A stretch of 64,000 nt of DNA from a virus: IMG/VR virus record IMGVR_UViG_3300021093_003813, positions 1 to 64,000 of that record, one strand, 5' to 3'. The notes below the pieces were generated by a model. It was not told the origin of the DNA. It was given only the letters and a program-made list of their open reading frames with translations, and did no database searches. The position numbers were made by a program, and so were the translations under genes. Positions 36,055 through 45,900 of this stretch are shown here, in pieces (within the stretch, counting starts at the first letter, position 1; each line of letters begins with the position of its first letter).

Positions 36055-37164
36055 TTAACCGTGATTTTCTTCGAAATAATTTTTCAACCAATTCCAATCC
36101 ACAGTGTTTTTCAAGGCTTCCTTGTTGTCTCGGTGCTGTTCTGCGTATGCGTTTCCTTCTTTGGCACCCTTCAGAACCCAGTCTGCGTTGGCTCCTTCAG
36201 CAAAAGCTAACCAACGGTCCAACCAAAGATGTGAATCTTCACCATAGCTCACAGTCAGTTTCACAACTTCACGAAATGCTGTTCTCCAGGCTTCGTAAGG
36301 AGTTGTAGCAAACATGGCTTCACTAACAGTTCTGGGAACTGTGATGGTCTTGCTGTATTGTGTGAAATCTAAGCCGAAGCTGGCAGGAGTGTTCAACACC
36401 AGATTGCTATTGTAACACACCACGCCCATATGACCATATTCCAAACGATTGCTCATGTTCTTGGCATGAAAGATGATGTGTGCGTTAGTAATAGTTTCCA
36501 CAGGATAATCAAACACTGTGAGGTCGGTGATGAAGTTTTTTCCTGTCACCACAAAGAATTGTGTGGTGTCACCTGCTAAATCTACACAACGATGAAACAT
36601 TTTTCTGCGTCCATTTATACCATCAATTCTGACAGCTCTGGGACAAATCTTCACCAGATGATTCCAGTTTTCCTCGGCATTGGTCTCACCGTTACTGGCA
36701 AAGAACACAGGCACAGCATCCTTCTTGGCAGTTCTACGAACCTTCAAAGTGTGTAATGCCACCACGGGATCCACTTCAATAATCATCTTGTCTGGCCATT
36801 CCCAGGGATCATCGCTGGTTTTTTTGGCCTTTTCAATCACCTTGCGTTCTCCAGCCCAACCCGCAATGAACACCTGTTCTTCATCTTTTCGAACCACAAA
36901 AATAACCGGTCCTGAAATGTGTTCCCAGGTGGTGCCATTGTTGCACCGATACAACTTTCTTTCAGAACCTTTGGCATCAATGATTTCCACGTAATCAAAC
37001 GCAGTCAGTTCTTTGTCACCTGCTTGAGCCCAGCCTTTGGCATCTTTCACTGTGTCAATGAAGTCTGTGAACCATCCTAGACTGCGAACCCAGTGTTTAG
37101 TTTCCAGAACCCAATGCTGTGTGAACAACTCGCTATGTGCCAACCATGTTTCATTATTCAGCAT
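36055..37164 (-). CDS. glycosyltransferase-like protein (GT-A-like C-terminal domain, DxD degenerate)
   Basis: FFASNGETNAEENW, RIDGING, FFVVTGKN, LEYGHMGV, TPYEAWRTAFRE motifs of a phage GT-A-like family. Confidence 0.55.
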   Translation of the reverse strand: MLNNETWLAHSELFTQHWVLETKHWVRSLGWFTDFIDTVKDAKGWAQAGDKELTAFDYVEIIDAKGSERKLYRCNNGTTWEHISGPVIFVVRKDEEQVFIAGWAGERKVIEKAKKTSDDPWEWPDKMIIEVDPVVALHTLKVRRTAKKDAVPVFFASNGETNAEENWNHLVKICPRAVRIDGINGRRKMFHRCVDLAGDTTQFFVVTGKNFITDLTVFDYPVETITNAHIIFHAKNMSNRLEYGHMGVVCYNSNLVLNTPASFGLDFTQYSKTITVPRTVSEAMFATTPYEAWRTAFREVVKLTVSYGEDSHLWLDRWLAFAEGANADWVLKGAKEGNAYAEQHRDNKEALKNTVDWNWLKNYFEENHG

Positions 37165-37870
37165 TCTTCCTCACTTTTTTCATTTTGGTGATTTTCTTCA
37201 CTTCATTATCAATACGTTTTTCTTCATTCACACCCAAGTTGGCACCAAAGGCCCATTGACCTACGTGCTTCACTTGGAAACTTAAATTCATGTCAATCCA
37301 AATTTTGTATCCGGCTTTTCGGAGTTTTTCTTGAAAATAGAAATCTTCTCCATGCCAGTTTCCATCATAGTACTCAAAGTTGAAGAAAGGGGGTTCGATG
37401 TTCTTCAAGATTTCTGTTTTCATCATCATACATCCCATACCTACACCTTCCACTTCCTGAAGTTCCTGGTCACCTTCCAATGGCAACCAGTTGTTCCAAT
37501 CGCCTCGTTCAGGATATGCCACTGTTTGTAAAGGCACTGAACGTTTCATATAGTTGGAACACACCACATCAACATTATGACCCATCAATCTCATGGCGGT
37601 GGTGCTGGGAAACAGCATGTCAGAATCCAACCACAAGGAATAATCTGCGTTTATTTGCAGAGCCTGGTTTGCCAAACGTTCACGTTGAGCCAACAAGATG
37701 GTGCTTTGGTCATACAAAACATGAACATCAATACCAGCCATGGTAGTGGTCTTCACCAACTCTACAAGAGCTGAAGTAAACAAACTATACATGGATTCTT
37801 TGCATGGAATCAGAATAGCAAGTTTTGTGGGACGCGTTTTCCAGATGCTTAAATCATAGATGTTCTTCAT
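37154..37870 (-). CDS. GT-A (GT2-like) glycosyltransferase
   Basis: LWLDSDMLFP (DxD), GVGMGCMM, GEDFYF, VKHVG. Confidence 0.85.
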   Translation of the reverse strand: MKNIYDLSIWKTRPTKLAILIPCKESMYSLFTSALVELVKTTTMAGIDVHVLYDQSTILLAQRERLANQALQINADYSLWLDSDMLFPSTTAMRLMGHNVDVVCSNYMKRSVPLQTVAYPERGDWNNWLPLEGDQELQEVEGVGMGCMMMKTEILKNIEPPFFNFEYYDGNWHGEDFYFQEKLRKAGYKIWIDMNLSFQVKHVGQWAFGANLGVNEEKRIDNEVKKITKMKKVRKNAE

Positions 37871-38325
37871 AGACCTGCCACTCCAGACGCCAATGTTGAC
37901 GCTTGGTTGGTGATTTCACGAATCATCGTAGTAATTTCTTGAACTCGTTTGACAAAAAGTTGATAATCGGCTAACGGAAATTGCGTGACTGTATTTAATG
38001 TTTCAATACTATACTTGTCAAAGATAAGAATTTCCATGGAAGCTTGGCGGGCCCATTTCTCAATCATGGCAAATCTAGTGGTCTGCGGGTCATTGTTCAA
38101 CAGATTCAACAGATGTTCTGAATCATGTTGTGCCAACACATCTTCCAAGAAAGCAATTCTTTCTGGCCACTGACCTTCTTCCTTCAGATACTTCAATTCA
38201 TACAGAAGTTCTGCCAGTTTCTTTTTGTCATACCCAATGGAAACCCATCGGACATAACGTTCTTCGTATTCCGATGGGTGGTCATTGATGGCGTTAATCA
38301 ATATGTCCAATGTAATGTCTGTCAT
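37867..38325 (-). CDS. hypothetical protein
   Basis: Helical ORF ATGA-coupled to the GT gene; GGAG SD before ATG 38325. Confidence 0.7.
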   Translation of the reverse strand: MTDITLDILINAINDHPSEYEERYVRWVSIGYDKKKLAELLYELKYLKEEGQWPERIAFLEDVLAQHDSEHLLNLLNNDPQTTRFAMIEKWARQASMEILIFDKYSIETLNTVTQFPLADYQLFVKRVQEITTMIREITNQASTLASGVAGL

Positions 38326-38357
38326 GATGCTCACTCCACATAAAAATAGTATAAAGA

Positions 38358-38386
38358 AATTTATATATGTGCTACAATTTTGTCAA
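38358..38386 (-). promoter_or_regulatory. sigma70-like promoter overlapping a late-like box, heading the GT cassette
   Basis: TTGACA-17 nt-TAAATT; the same bases form TATAAATT (one mismatch to the late consensus). Confidence 0.6.
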
Positions 38387-38389
38387 GTC

Positions 38390-38566
38390 TCAGTATGTGA
38401 ATGGTGTTGTTCGGCCGCCAAAGTCAGTTGACAAACGAATCTGACCAGCAGTAATACCAATTTGTGCGCCTAAATTGCCACGTAATGTAACTTGACCAGA
38501 CAGGCCGTATGCATTACGCACACGCCCCATCAATATCTCTGAACCTGTATTTGGAATTATTCCCAT
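38390..38566 (-). CDS. 58 aa fibre-tip/adhesin-like small protein (missed by ORF track)
   Basis: AGGGAG SD; MGIIPNTGSEILMGRVRNAYGLSGQVTLRGNLGAQIGITAGQIRLSTDFGGRTTPFTY*; directly downstream of an S74 fibre. Confidence 0.75.
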   Translation of the reverse strand: MGIIPNTGSEILMGRVRNAYGLSGQVTLRGNLGAQIGITAGQIRLSTDFGGRTTPFTY

Positions 38567-38589
38567 CGTATACTCCCTGAAGGCCTAAA

Positions 38590-40545
38590 TTATTTATTGC
38601 AGTTGCAAATCTTCTTTACTTCATCAAGTTCCAACTTTAAGGCCTTGATGGCTTCCACTAATAATGGAACCATTTTCTCGTACTTCACTGTAAGATATTG
38701 TTCATCAATGGGTGCTGGTGCCACCACTTCTGGTAGAACTGCTTGTACTTCTTGTGCGCTTAAACCAACTTGCATTGCATCATTGTTGTAACCTAGTGAC
38801 TTGGCTACTTCATTTTCTGTGAAGTAGTAACCATTCAATGATGCCACCTTGTCCAAGGCATTGTCAATAGTGCCTTGGAAGTTCTTCAAACGAGCATCTG
38901 AATAGAAAGCGGTGATTTCATTGGTGGCTCTGATTTCACCTGCTGTTCCTGAGCCTGCTGTACCCACACCCAAAGAGTTGAATTGTACATTGGAGCCTGT
39001 ACCTACTGCTTGCCCAATGCTGATGGTGACGGCGCCTGTGGCACCGGACACTGAAACACCTGTGCCTGCCACATTGCTAGTGACACCCGCGTTGGTCAAT
39101 GTCACAGAACCACCAAGTGACACTGAACCGCCACCTGACATACCAGTACCTGCTGTGACTGTTACTGCACTGTTCACCAAGCCACCGTTTGGAAGACCTG
39201 TGCAATTGGTCAATGTGCCTGAGCTAGGTGTGCCTAGAGCAGGTGTCACAAGGGTTGGGCTGGTTGCCAACACCACAGAACCTGAACCAGTGGTGCCATT
39301 GCTCAAGTTGGAAGCAGCAATTTGTGAACCGTTGATGAGATAGTTCTTACCGGTTGGGATGTTGATGTGTTCTGAACTGCTCCAAGAGTTAGTGCCGTTG
39401 CTGTAGGTCCAAGTTTTGTTACCTGCAGTTGTGGCTTCCACAGTTAGACCTGCGCCATCTGCACCTGCGTTTGTGGCGTTGCCCTTGGCAACAGTCAAGT
39501 TCAAATCATCAATATCAACTGTGGTGCTGTTCACTGTGGTGGTGGTACCGTTCACAGTCAAGTCACCTGATATAGTAACAGCATTACCACTCAATGAAAT
39601 GGCAACTGCGCCTGTTGAGGACTTGATGTCATTACCTGTCACAGTTAAATCACCCTTCACTTCCACATCAGCGGCATTCAATGTGATGGCAGTGGCACCT
39701 GTTGAGGACTTGATGTCATTACCTGTGACTGTTAAATCACCTGTGATAGCAACATCTGCTCCTGCCATGGTGATGGCGGTGGTGGCGCTGGAGCTGGAGG
39801 CAACAACTAATTGACCGCCAGATTGTGTGAAGCGACCGAATTCTGTGCCACCGTCTCGCAAAATGATGTCACCGCCATCAGCATCCAGAACAATGTCAGC
39901 AGCAGCATCCAGAGTGAAATCTGCTGATGCATTCACTTGTGCAATGGTGGGTGTGGTGATGGTTGGGCTACTGTTGAACACCAACAAACCTGTACCAGTT
40001 TCATCAGACACAGCAGCAAGCATTTGTGCTGATGTGGCAGTCAATGTGTTGCTGGCAAGGCTGATGGTTTTATTGGTCAATGTTTGTGTAGTGTCAGTGC
40101 CCACCATGGTTGTGGTAGCATCAGGTATGGTGACCACTCTATCTGCTGTAGGATCCACCACAGTCAATGTGGTTTCAAATGCATCCGCAGTGGCACCTTC
40201 AAAGAACAAACCGTTGGTGACAATAGCAGCATCCAAAGTCTTGTTGGTGAGTGTTTGTGCACCATCCAGTGTGGTTAAAACACGTGTGGCAGCTCCTGTG
40301 TAGAACTTGAAATCACCGGCATTGTTCCAGAAGTCACCTGAAACAGGTGATGTTGGGTCGGCACTACCAGCTACAACACGGACGCTAGCTGTGGAAGCAC
40401 TGCTGGTGACTGTTGTCAGTTTACCAGTCATGGAGTTACTGCCATCTTTCTCCAGTTTATCAGAGTTCAAATTACTGAAGTTGGTGTCTACTTCAGTATT
40501 TGTAAGTGGTGTACCTTTGACGTTTCTTAAGGTTAATGTGGACAT
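38590..40545 (-). CDS. tail fibre with C-terminal S74 chaperone
   Basis: LRNVKGTPLTNTEVDTNF N-terminus; YSDARLK...YEKMVPLLVEAIK. Confidence 0.88.
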   Translation of the reverse strand: MSTLTLRNVKGTPLTNTEVDTNFSNLNSDKLEKDGSNSMTGKLTTVTSSASTASVRVVAGSADPTSPVSGDFWNNAGDFKFYTGAATRVLTTLDGAQTLTNKTLDAAIVTNGLFFEGATADAFETTLTVVDPTADRVVTIPDATTTMVGTDTTQTLTNKTISLASNTLTATSAQMLAAVSDETGTGLLVFNSSPTITTPTIAQVNASADFTLDAAADIVLDADGGDIILRDGGTEFGRFTQSGGQLVVASSSSATTAITMAGADVAITGDLTVTGNDIKSSTGATAITLNAADVEVKGDLTVTGNDIKSSTGAVAISLSGNAVTISGDLTVNGTTTTVNSTTVDIDDLNLTVAKGNATNAGADGAGLTVEATTAGNKTWTYSNGTNSWSSSEHINIPTGKNYLINGSQIAASNLSNGTTGSGSVVLATSPTLVTPALGTPSSGTLTNCTGLPNGGLVNSAVTVTAGTGMSGGGSVSLGGSVTLTNAGVTSNVAGTGVSVSGATGAVTISIGQAVGTGSNVQFNSLGVGTAGSGTAGEIRATNEITAFYSDARLKNFQGTIDNALDKVASLNGYYFTENEVAKSLGYNNDAMQVGLSAQEVQAVLPEVVAPAPIDEQYLTVKYEKMVPLLVEAIKALKLELDEVKKICNCNK

Positions 40546-40547
40546 CG

Positions 40548-40745
40548 TTATCCTCTATTGGCAATTAATAGTTGTAGCATTTTTTTAATATCTGTTAATT
40601 CTTGTTTTACACTATTTATATCAGTTTCAAGTTCTTTCATTTTGTCTTTACTGAAACGTCTGGCTTTATATGCTGCCAACCCCTCTAAATCAGTGTTTAC
40701 AACCGCAGAACTGTGACTGTCTCGTCGAATTTTAATTTCATCCAT
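40548..40745 (-). CDS. small conserved baseplate-region protein
   Basis: RDSHSSAVVNTD plus coiled coil; typical after the DUF4815-type gene. Confidence 0.75.
   Translation of the reverse strand: MDEIKIRRDSHSSAVVNTDLEGLAAYKARRFSKDKMKELETDINSVKQELTDIKKMLQLLIANRG
40613..40620 (-). promoter_or_regulatory. probable late promoter for the 651 aa fibre
   Basis: TATAAATA about 70 nt upstream of ATG 40545. Confidence 0.55.
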
Positions 40746-40749
40746 GGTA

Positions 40750-42981
40750 TTATGCCATTATAGCCAGAGCACGCATGCTGTTCACCGCAGGAATGTAGTA
40801 GGAATCCACACTAAGCATCACGATTTTCACAGCAAATGCAGTGAATTGACTGAATGTGGAACCACTGGATGTGTAGGTAAACACACCAGAGCTGTTCAAT
40901 CCTCCTACCACCGTGTCCTCATCATGACCATTTTTGTTGAACTTGTACACCAGCTCTCCAGCACCTAGACTGTTGCTGTTGGCACTTACAATCATCTGTG
41001 TCCAAGGACGGTTCTTGGGGTCTGTGGTATCACCTGGTGCTATTAGTTTTGCATACACTTTGATATCAGCTCCTGATGGAATTTCAGCATCCAAGAACAC
41101 CAACAAATCATCAGCATCAGATCCAGTGGGCAATGAAACCAGTCTGGTGTGATACTTGGAATTGCCTTGCACGTCTGTGGCTTCGTAATCCACAGTGATG
41201 ATGTCATCTGTGCCATCAATTGCTGCGTTAGATTCCAATGTGATGCCGTCTCTGGCTGTGACCGCACGAACCACGCCAATCACCTTGCCTGCAGAATTAC
41301 GAAGTACTGAACCATTGATAACTTGGTCAATGAAAGCAGTTTCATCACCTGAAGTTTTACCTGTCACGGTGGTGCTGCCAGTGTTGAAGGTGGATGTGCC
41401 TGACAATGTTCTACGTACACTACGAATCACATGCTCATATCCAATCACCTGTGACTTGGTGATGTCCACGATGGGTGAGATGTTGGAATTGTTGGTGGCA
41501 AAGTTCACTTTCACCAACACAGACCCCAAAGTGTCGTCTGAGATGTTCAACCCACCTGCCAGTGTTTCATAACTGTGTGAATACACCGTCTTTTCTTCGC
41601 TCAATGTGAAAATACCTTCTTTTTTCATCGGTGTGAAATCGGCAGGTTGCACTTCAGAAGAATTGTAGATTTTATGTTCAAATGAAAGAGAAGAATCATT
41701 GTATTCCACATAGGAAATGCCAGGTGACATTTGATGAATCAATTTACCTTCAACGTCATCTTCATATGGTTCTAAAGTTATCACAGCAGTTCCTGAGCTA
41801 GAAGCTGTAGATGTTCTCTTGATAGTTACAGTTTCACCTTCAGAGAATGTACCAGATGTGATTTCTGTATGTGCCACTTTGTTGTATCGGTCAAAATACA
41901 ACACAGAACCAATGGCACCACTGGTGCCACCTGTCAAGGTGTCACCCGCCAGAATTTCAACAGAATTGCTACTGATGCCAAGATAATCAATCTTTTTGTT
42001 CTTCAAAATCAAACTACCGCTGGACACAGTGAAGTTGGCTCGATATATAGTGAATTTCATGTCACTGGTTTCTGACACGGTCCAATTTACGCTGTTGCTG
42101 GACACATAGAAACGACCCGCAGCTGGTTGTTTGTCAATTTTTTCTTCTGTACCAATTTTGTTTTGACCCAACACAGCAGTCCATACTTCATATCCTTCTC
42201 TACCACCTGCTGGCAACAACACCATGGCATATTCTTCATTGTTCTTCAAGTACACAGGTGATGAAAATGTGAACTGTGTAGGTGCAGTAGCATCAGTTGA
42301 TGCATTCACATCTTTAGGATTCAATGTCACAGTGCTGAAAGGAATAATTTCTGTACCTGGATTTCCATTTGTAGTGGTACGAATTTGCAATGTGATGGGC
42401 ACTGTGGCAGAAGTTGGCCTGGTCTTGAAGTATATATCCACCTTTGTGATGAAAATACCATTGTCCAAACCAGACACAAAGAAGGTTTGAGCTATTGGAT
42501 CCTTGAAGGTGGTTGTGGATGGATTCACTGTAACAGTGCGTTCCACTGACAACTCTCTGGGAGAAGTGGAACGAGCGAATGTGATGTTGGGTGCTCTGGT
42601 GGATGCAATCTTACCTGTATCGTAGGTGATGGCACCGTATGAATTATATGTTGTGATGGCTACACAATCTGTCTGAGCATTTGGATCAGTGGGATGATTG
42701 ATAAGTGTAAACAATCTGGTGCCAGTTTTGAATGTTTCAGCAGGAATACGAAACACACCATCAAGTTCACCGCTATTATTTGTGACAAGATTTCCACCAA
42801 ACGCAGTTGCAACAATAGGACGGCAATGGTCTGTGACTGACTGTCCATCAAAGAAAGGAAACACCTGAGTGTTGGGTTTCAATCCCTTGGCAGTGAAGTT
42901 GATGGTGGCACTGCGCATATAGGATAGTGGTACATCTGTTGGCAGTTGTAGAGTTGGGAGTCCGGCGCCGAGTTCGGTCAT
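40750..42981 (-). CDS. large virion structural protein, C-terminal half (DUF4815/VrlC-like)
   Basis: YMRS...GLKPNT..PFFDG, DPIAQTF, SPVYL, SDMKF, ISPIVD, FAVKIVM...MRALA. Confidence 0.8.
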   Translation of the reverse strand: MTELGAGLPTLQLPTDVPLSYMRSATINFTAKGLKPNTQVFPFFDGQSVTDHCRPIVATAFGGNLVTNNSGELDGVFRIPAETFKTGTRLFTLINHPTDPNAQTDCVAITTYNSYGAITYDTGKIASTRAPNITFARSTSPRELSVERTVTVNPSTTTFKDPIAQTFFVSGLDNGIFITKVDIYFKTRPTSATVPITLQIRTTTNGNPGTEIIPFSTVTLNPKDVNASTDATAPTQFTFSSPVYLKNNEEYAMVLLPAGGREGYEVWTAVLGQNKIGTEEKIDKQPAAGRFYVSSNSVNWTVSETSDMKFTIYRANFTVSSGSLILKNKKIDYLGISSNSVEILAGDTLTGGTSGAIGSVLYFDRYNKVAHTEITSGTFSEGETVTIKRTSTASSSGTAVITLEPYEDDVEGKLIHQMSPGISYVEYNDSSLSFEHKIYNSSEVQPADFTPMKKEGIFTLSEEKTVYSHSYETLAGGLNISDDTLGSVLVKVNFATNNSNISPIVDITKSQVIGYEHVIRSVRRTLSGTSTFNTGSTTVTGKTSGDETAFIDQVINGSVLRNSAGKVIGVVRAVTARDGITLESNAAIDGTDDIITVDYEATDVQGNSKYHTRLVSLPTGSDADDLLVFLDAEIPSGADIKVYAKLIAPGDTTDPKNRPWTQMIVSANSNSLGAGELVYKFNKNGHDEDTVVGGLNSSGVFTYTSSGSTFSQFTAFAVKIVMLSVDSYYIPAVNSMRALAIMA

Positions 42982-42993
42982 GATTTATCTTTG

Positions 42994-45900
42994 TTAAATT
43001 TGGTTAACATCTTGGAAAGCAAAAGAAGATATTTGATCGAATTCTCCACTGAGCGAGGGCACCCCGCCGCCACCGTATGATACGGGTTCACGACCACCGC
43101 TGCCTCCGCCGCCAAGGTCTGCGGGGATGTAGGTTGATGGTGTTTCTTCTACAGGAGCAGGTGAATCTATTGGCAAGGAGATAGGGAATCCTTCTTCTAA
43201 AATTATTGGTGTGACTTCAATGATGGCTGGAGGTCCTAAAACACCACCCACAGCGTTAATCTTGATGGGCTTCAAATTCCAATCCTGTTCAATGAATACA
43301 GGAGGTCTTTCCTTTTTGACAGGGGGAGGAGGGGGCTCGATAAGGATGATTGGCTCGGTGACACCTACACAAGTAGGAACAAAAGTTTCTACAATTTTTT
43401 CCAAGTGACGAACCACTTCCACTTGTTTCTCCACTTCCTTGATGATGACTTCTGTGTTGTAATTATTAATGATTTGTGGTTGTGTTCTGTGTTCAAACCA
43501 AACATCTTCTGCTGGAATCAATCCGATGCTACCTTCATAACCGTAAACCACATTGTTGGTCACAGACACAGATTCAGAGGCATAGGGATTTTCAGAGAAC
43601 ACTTCATGTTCATATGGCAGCGTAGCAATTTCACCATCAGATGGATAACTCACCAGGTCTGGACGGAAATCTTCTGCCAAAATGGCTGCTGTGATGTTGG
43701 TGTAGGTGATGAGACCTGTGGTGCTGGTGGTGGTGCCTGTGACGGTGAATGCCGTGTTGGCCACAAAAGTTCCTGTGCAATTCACCAAGTACAATCTTGA
43801 CCACTTGAAGTTTCCACCACGTGCAATTTCCACAATATGTTCTATTTCACCCGTGGCACTTGATGTGGCTTGTGACACTGTTTCACCCACAGCAAATTTG
43901 GTGGCACCTACTGTTTGACGAACCACAATTTTAGCATCTTTAGGAGCCAACACCACACTGCTGGTGCTAGACACTTCAAGGTCAATTGGGTCAGAGTCCA
44001 ATCTAGGTGACAAAACTCCTCGGAAAATCAAACAGTTATTGGTTTCATTATTGATATTGACTTTGTCCGCTCTGTCAAATGAATCCACCAACACACCATT
44101 CTTGAATCGTTCTTCACCTGAATCATTGTAAATCAGAGTGTTGATGGTCTTTTGTTCCAAGAAGGACAACTTGGTGAATTCTTCCAAATTACCCAAACGC
44201 TTGTCAATCACACCAATGTCCGCCATGGTGTACCGACGTTGTAAAGCTGCCTTGCTGAAACTGGAAGCGTTGGCGGGACGACCTGCCAACTTGGCAGCTT
44301 TAGGTGACAATGCCGGGAAGGGAGGTAGTTGCAACACACCTAGATCCATACAATTGGATGGCAATCTTGGCGTCAAGGGATTTTCAGATGCCTGTCCTTC
44401 AATCACTGTGAAGTTGCCATCAGCATCCAGAATCACTCTGTCCACACGCGGCAGATTCCATTCAACATCTGTGATGAATTCTTCTTGTGGATGAGGAAGA
44501 AAATGTGGTGTGAATCCTGTGAAGGATTTTGTGGATGCGGTGTAACCAATAGGATTGATGTTGGATGAAGTCAGTGTGGTGGTGGAAGTTGCCACGTTGG
44601 CCACAGTGACACGGAAATCCAAAACATCTCTCATTTCATATTTCTTACCATTACTACCTACGTACAATGGCATCTTGTGCCAATCAATTTCTGAGGCGGT
44701 AGGGCTATCACCTTGTGTAGGCAAAGGATAGCTGTCCACATTGAAGAAGGCACCTGCATTGTGTACAAAGTGATCCACACGAATCACATAGCGACGTTCT
44801 TCCAGGAAGCTTCCACTCACAGTTCCTAAATTGTAATGACTGTCTGTTTGTCCGTTTTTGATTTTGAATTGACCTGTAAAGTCATCACCTGAAGCATCAA
44901 TGGTGGCCCAGGCGGTTTCCACGTCACCTGCCTTGATGTAATCCAACGCATAAATGTCACACAGACCCAATGAAGGTGAGGTGGTGAACTTCTTGGCCAC
45001 CACATCCCAGTTTGGATGCACCACACGAAGAGGTGTGCTACTTGTAGTGGTGATGTTAGCGGCGGAATTGGCTGTCAACACTACAATTGGACCAGTTGAA
45101 GTTCCATCATTTCTTGCTGTCACAGATGACACAGTGCCCAACAAAGCATTGGCGGAGGTGTAGATGTTACTGCCTGCTGGACAATCTTCTGAAGTGATGT
45201 TCACAGCAGCGTTATATGCAAATGTGATGTTGGCAGAACCAGTGCTTGCTGTTGCCACTAGGTAGGTGCTACCACTGACAAAACCTAGTTTCTTGGTGGC
45301 TTGAATTCTGATGTATCGGTCTTTGTTCAAAGTTTTGGTTCTGGGAGTGACATCAGAACGTGACACTGAAGCCAACACAGACACCGTGGGTGAACCAGTC
45401 AAACCACCAGGTGTATGAATATTGAAATTGATGGTGTTGGTGCCAGGTGTCACAGTCATGTTGCCACCAGTCATGTTGATGACTTGACCGGCTGTGTAAA
45501 CAGCACTACCTGTGCTTACCGCAGTTTCTGCTACCACAATGAATTCAGCTAGAATAGTGGCGTTGGTGGCAGAAGTGAAAGCGAATGTTTCATCACCTGA
45601 CACACTGATGGAAGCTGAACCGTTAGCAGCTACAGCCACAGATGTGAAATGTTTTCTGTATGTGAATGAATTGTCAAGTGTGTTGGGTTGCAACGTCTTG
45701 ACATAATTGTATGTGGTGGGAAAGATGTAAGGTGAGTATGTAGATTCTTTCAACACAGCAGGAGTAGTTACCACGTCAGCATGAAAGTCTTTGGCTGCAT
45801 TATCACGATACAATCCACGAATGTCTGCCACACTACCGCCAGTCATTTCAATATCATACAAGTACACACGATATTGTGCGGCTGCGGCACCAGGTGTGCC

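Noticed and set aside
42982-42996. Stop-codon read-through or recoding joining the two structural halves
   Set aside because: Two in-frame TAA stops; conserved genes elsewhere are full-length under the standard code.
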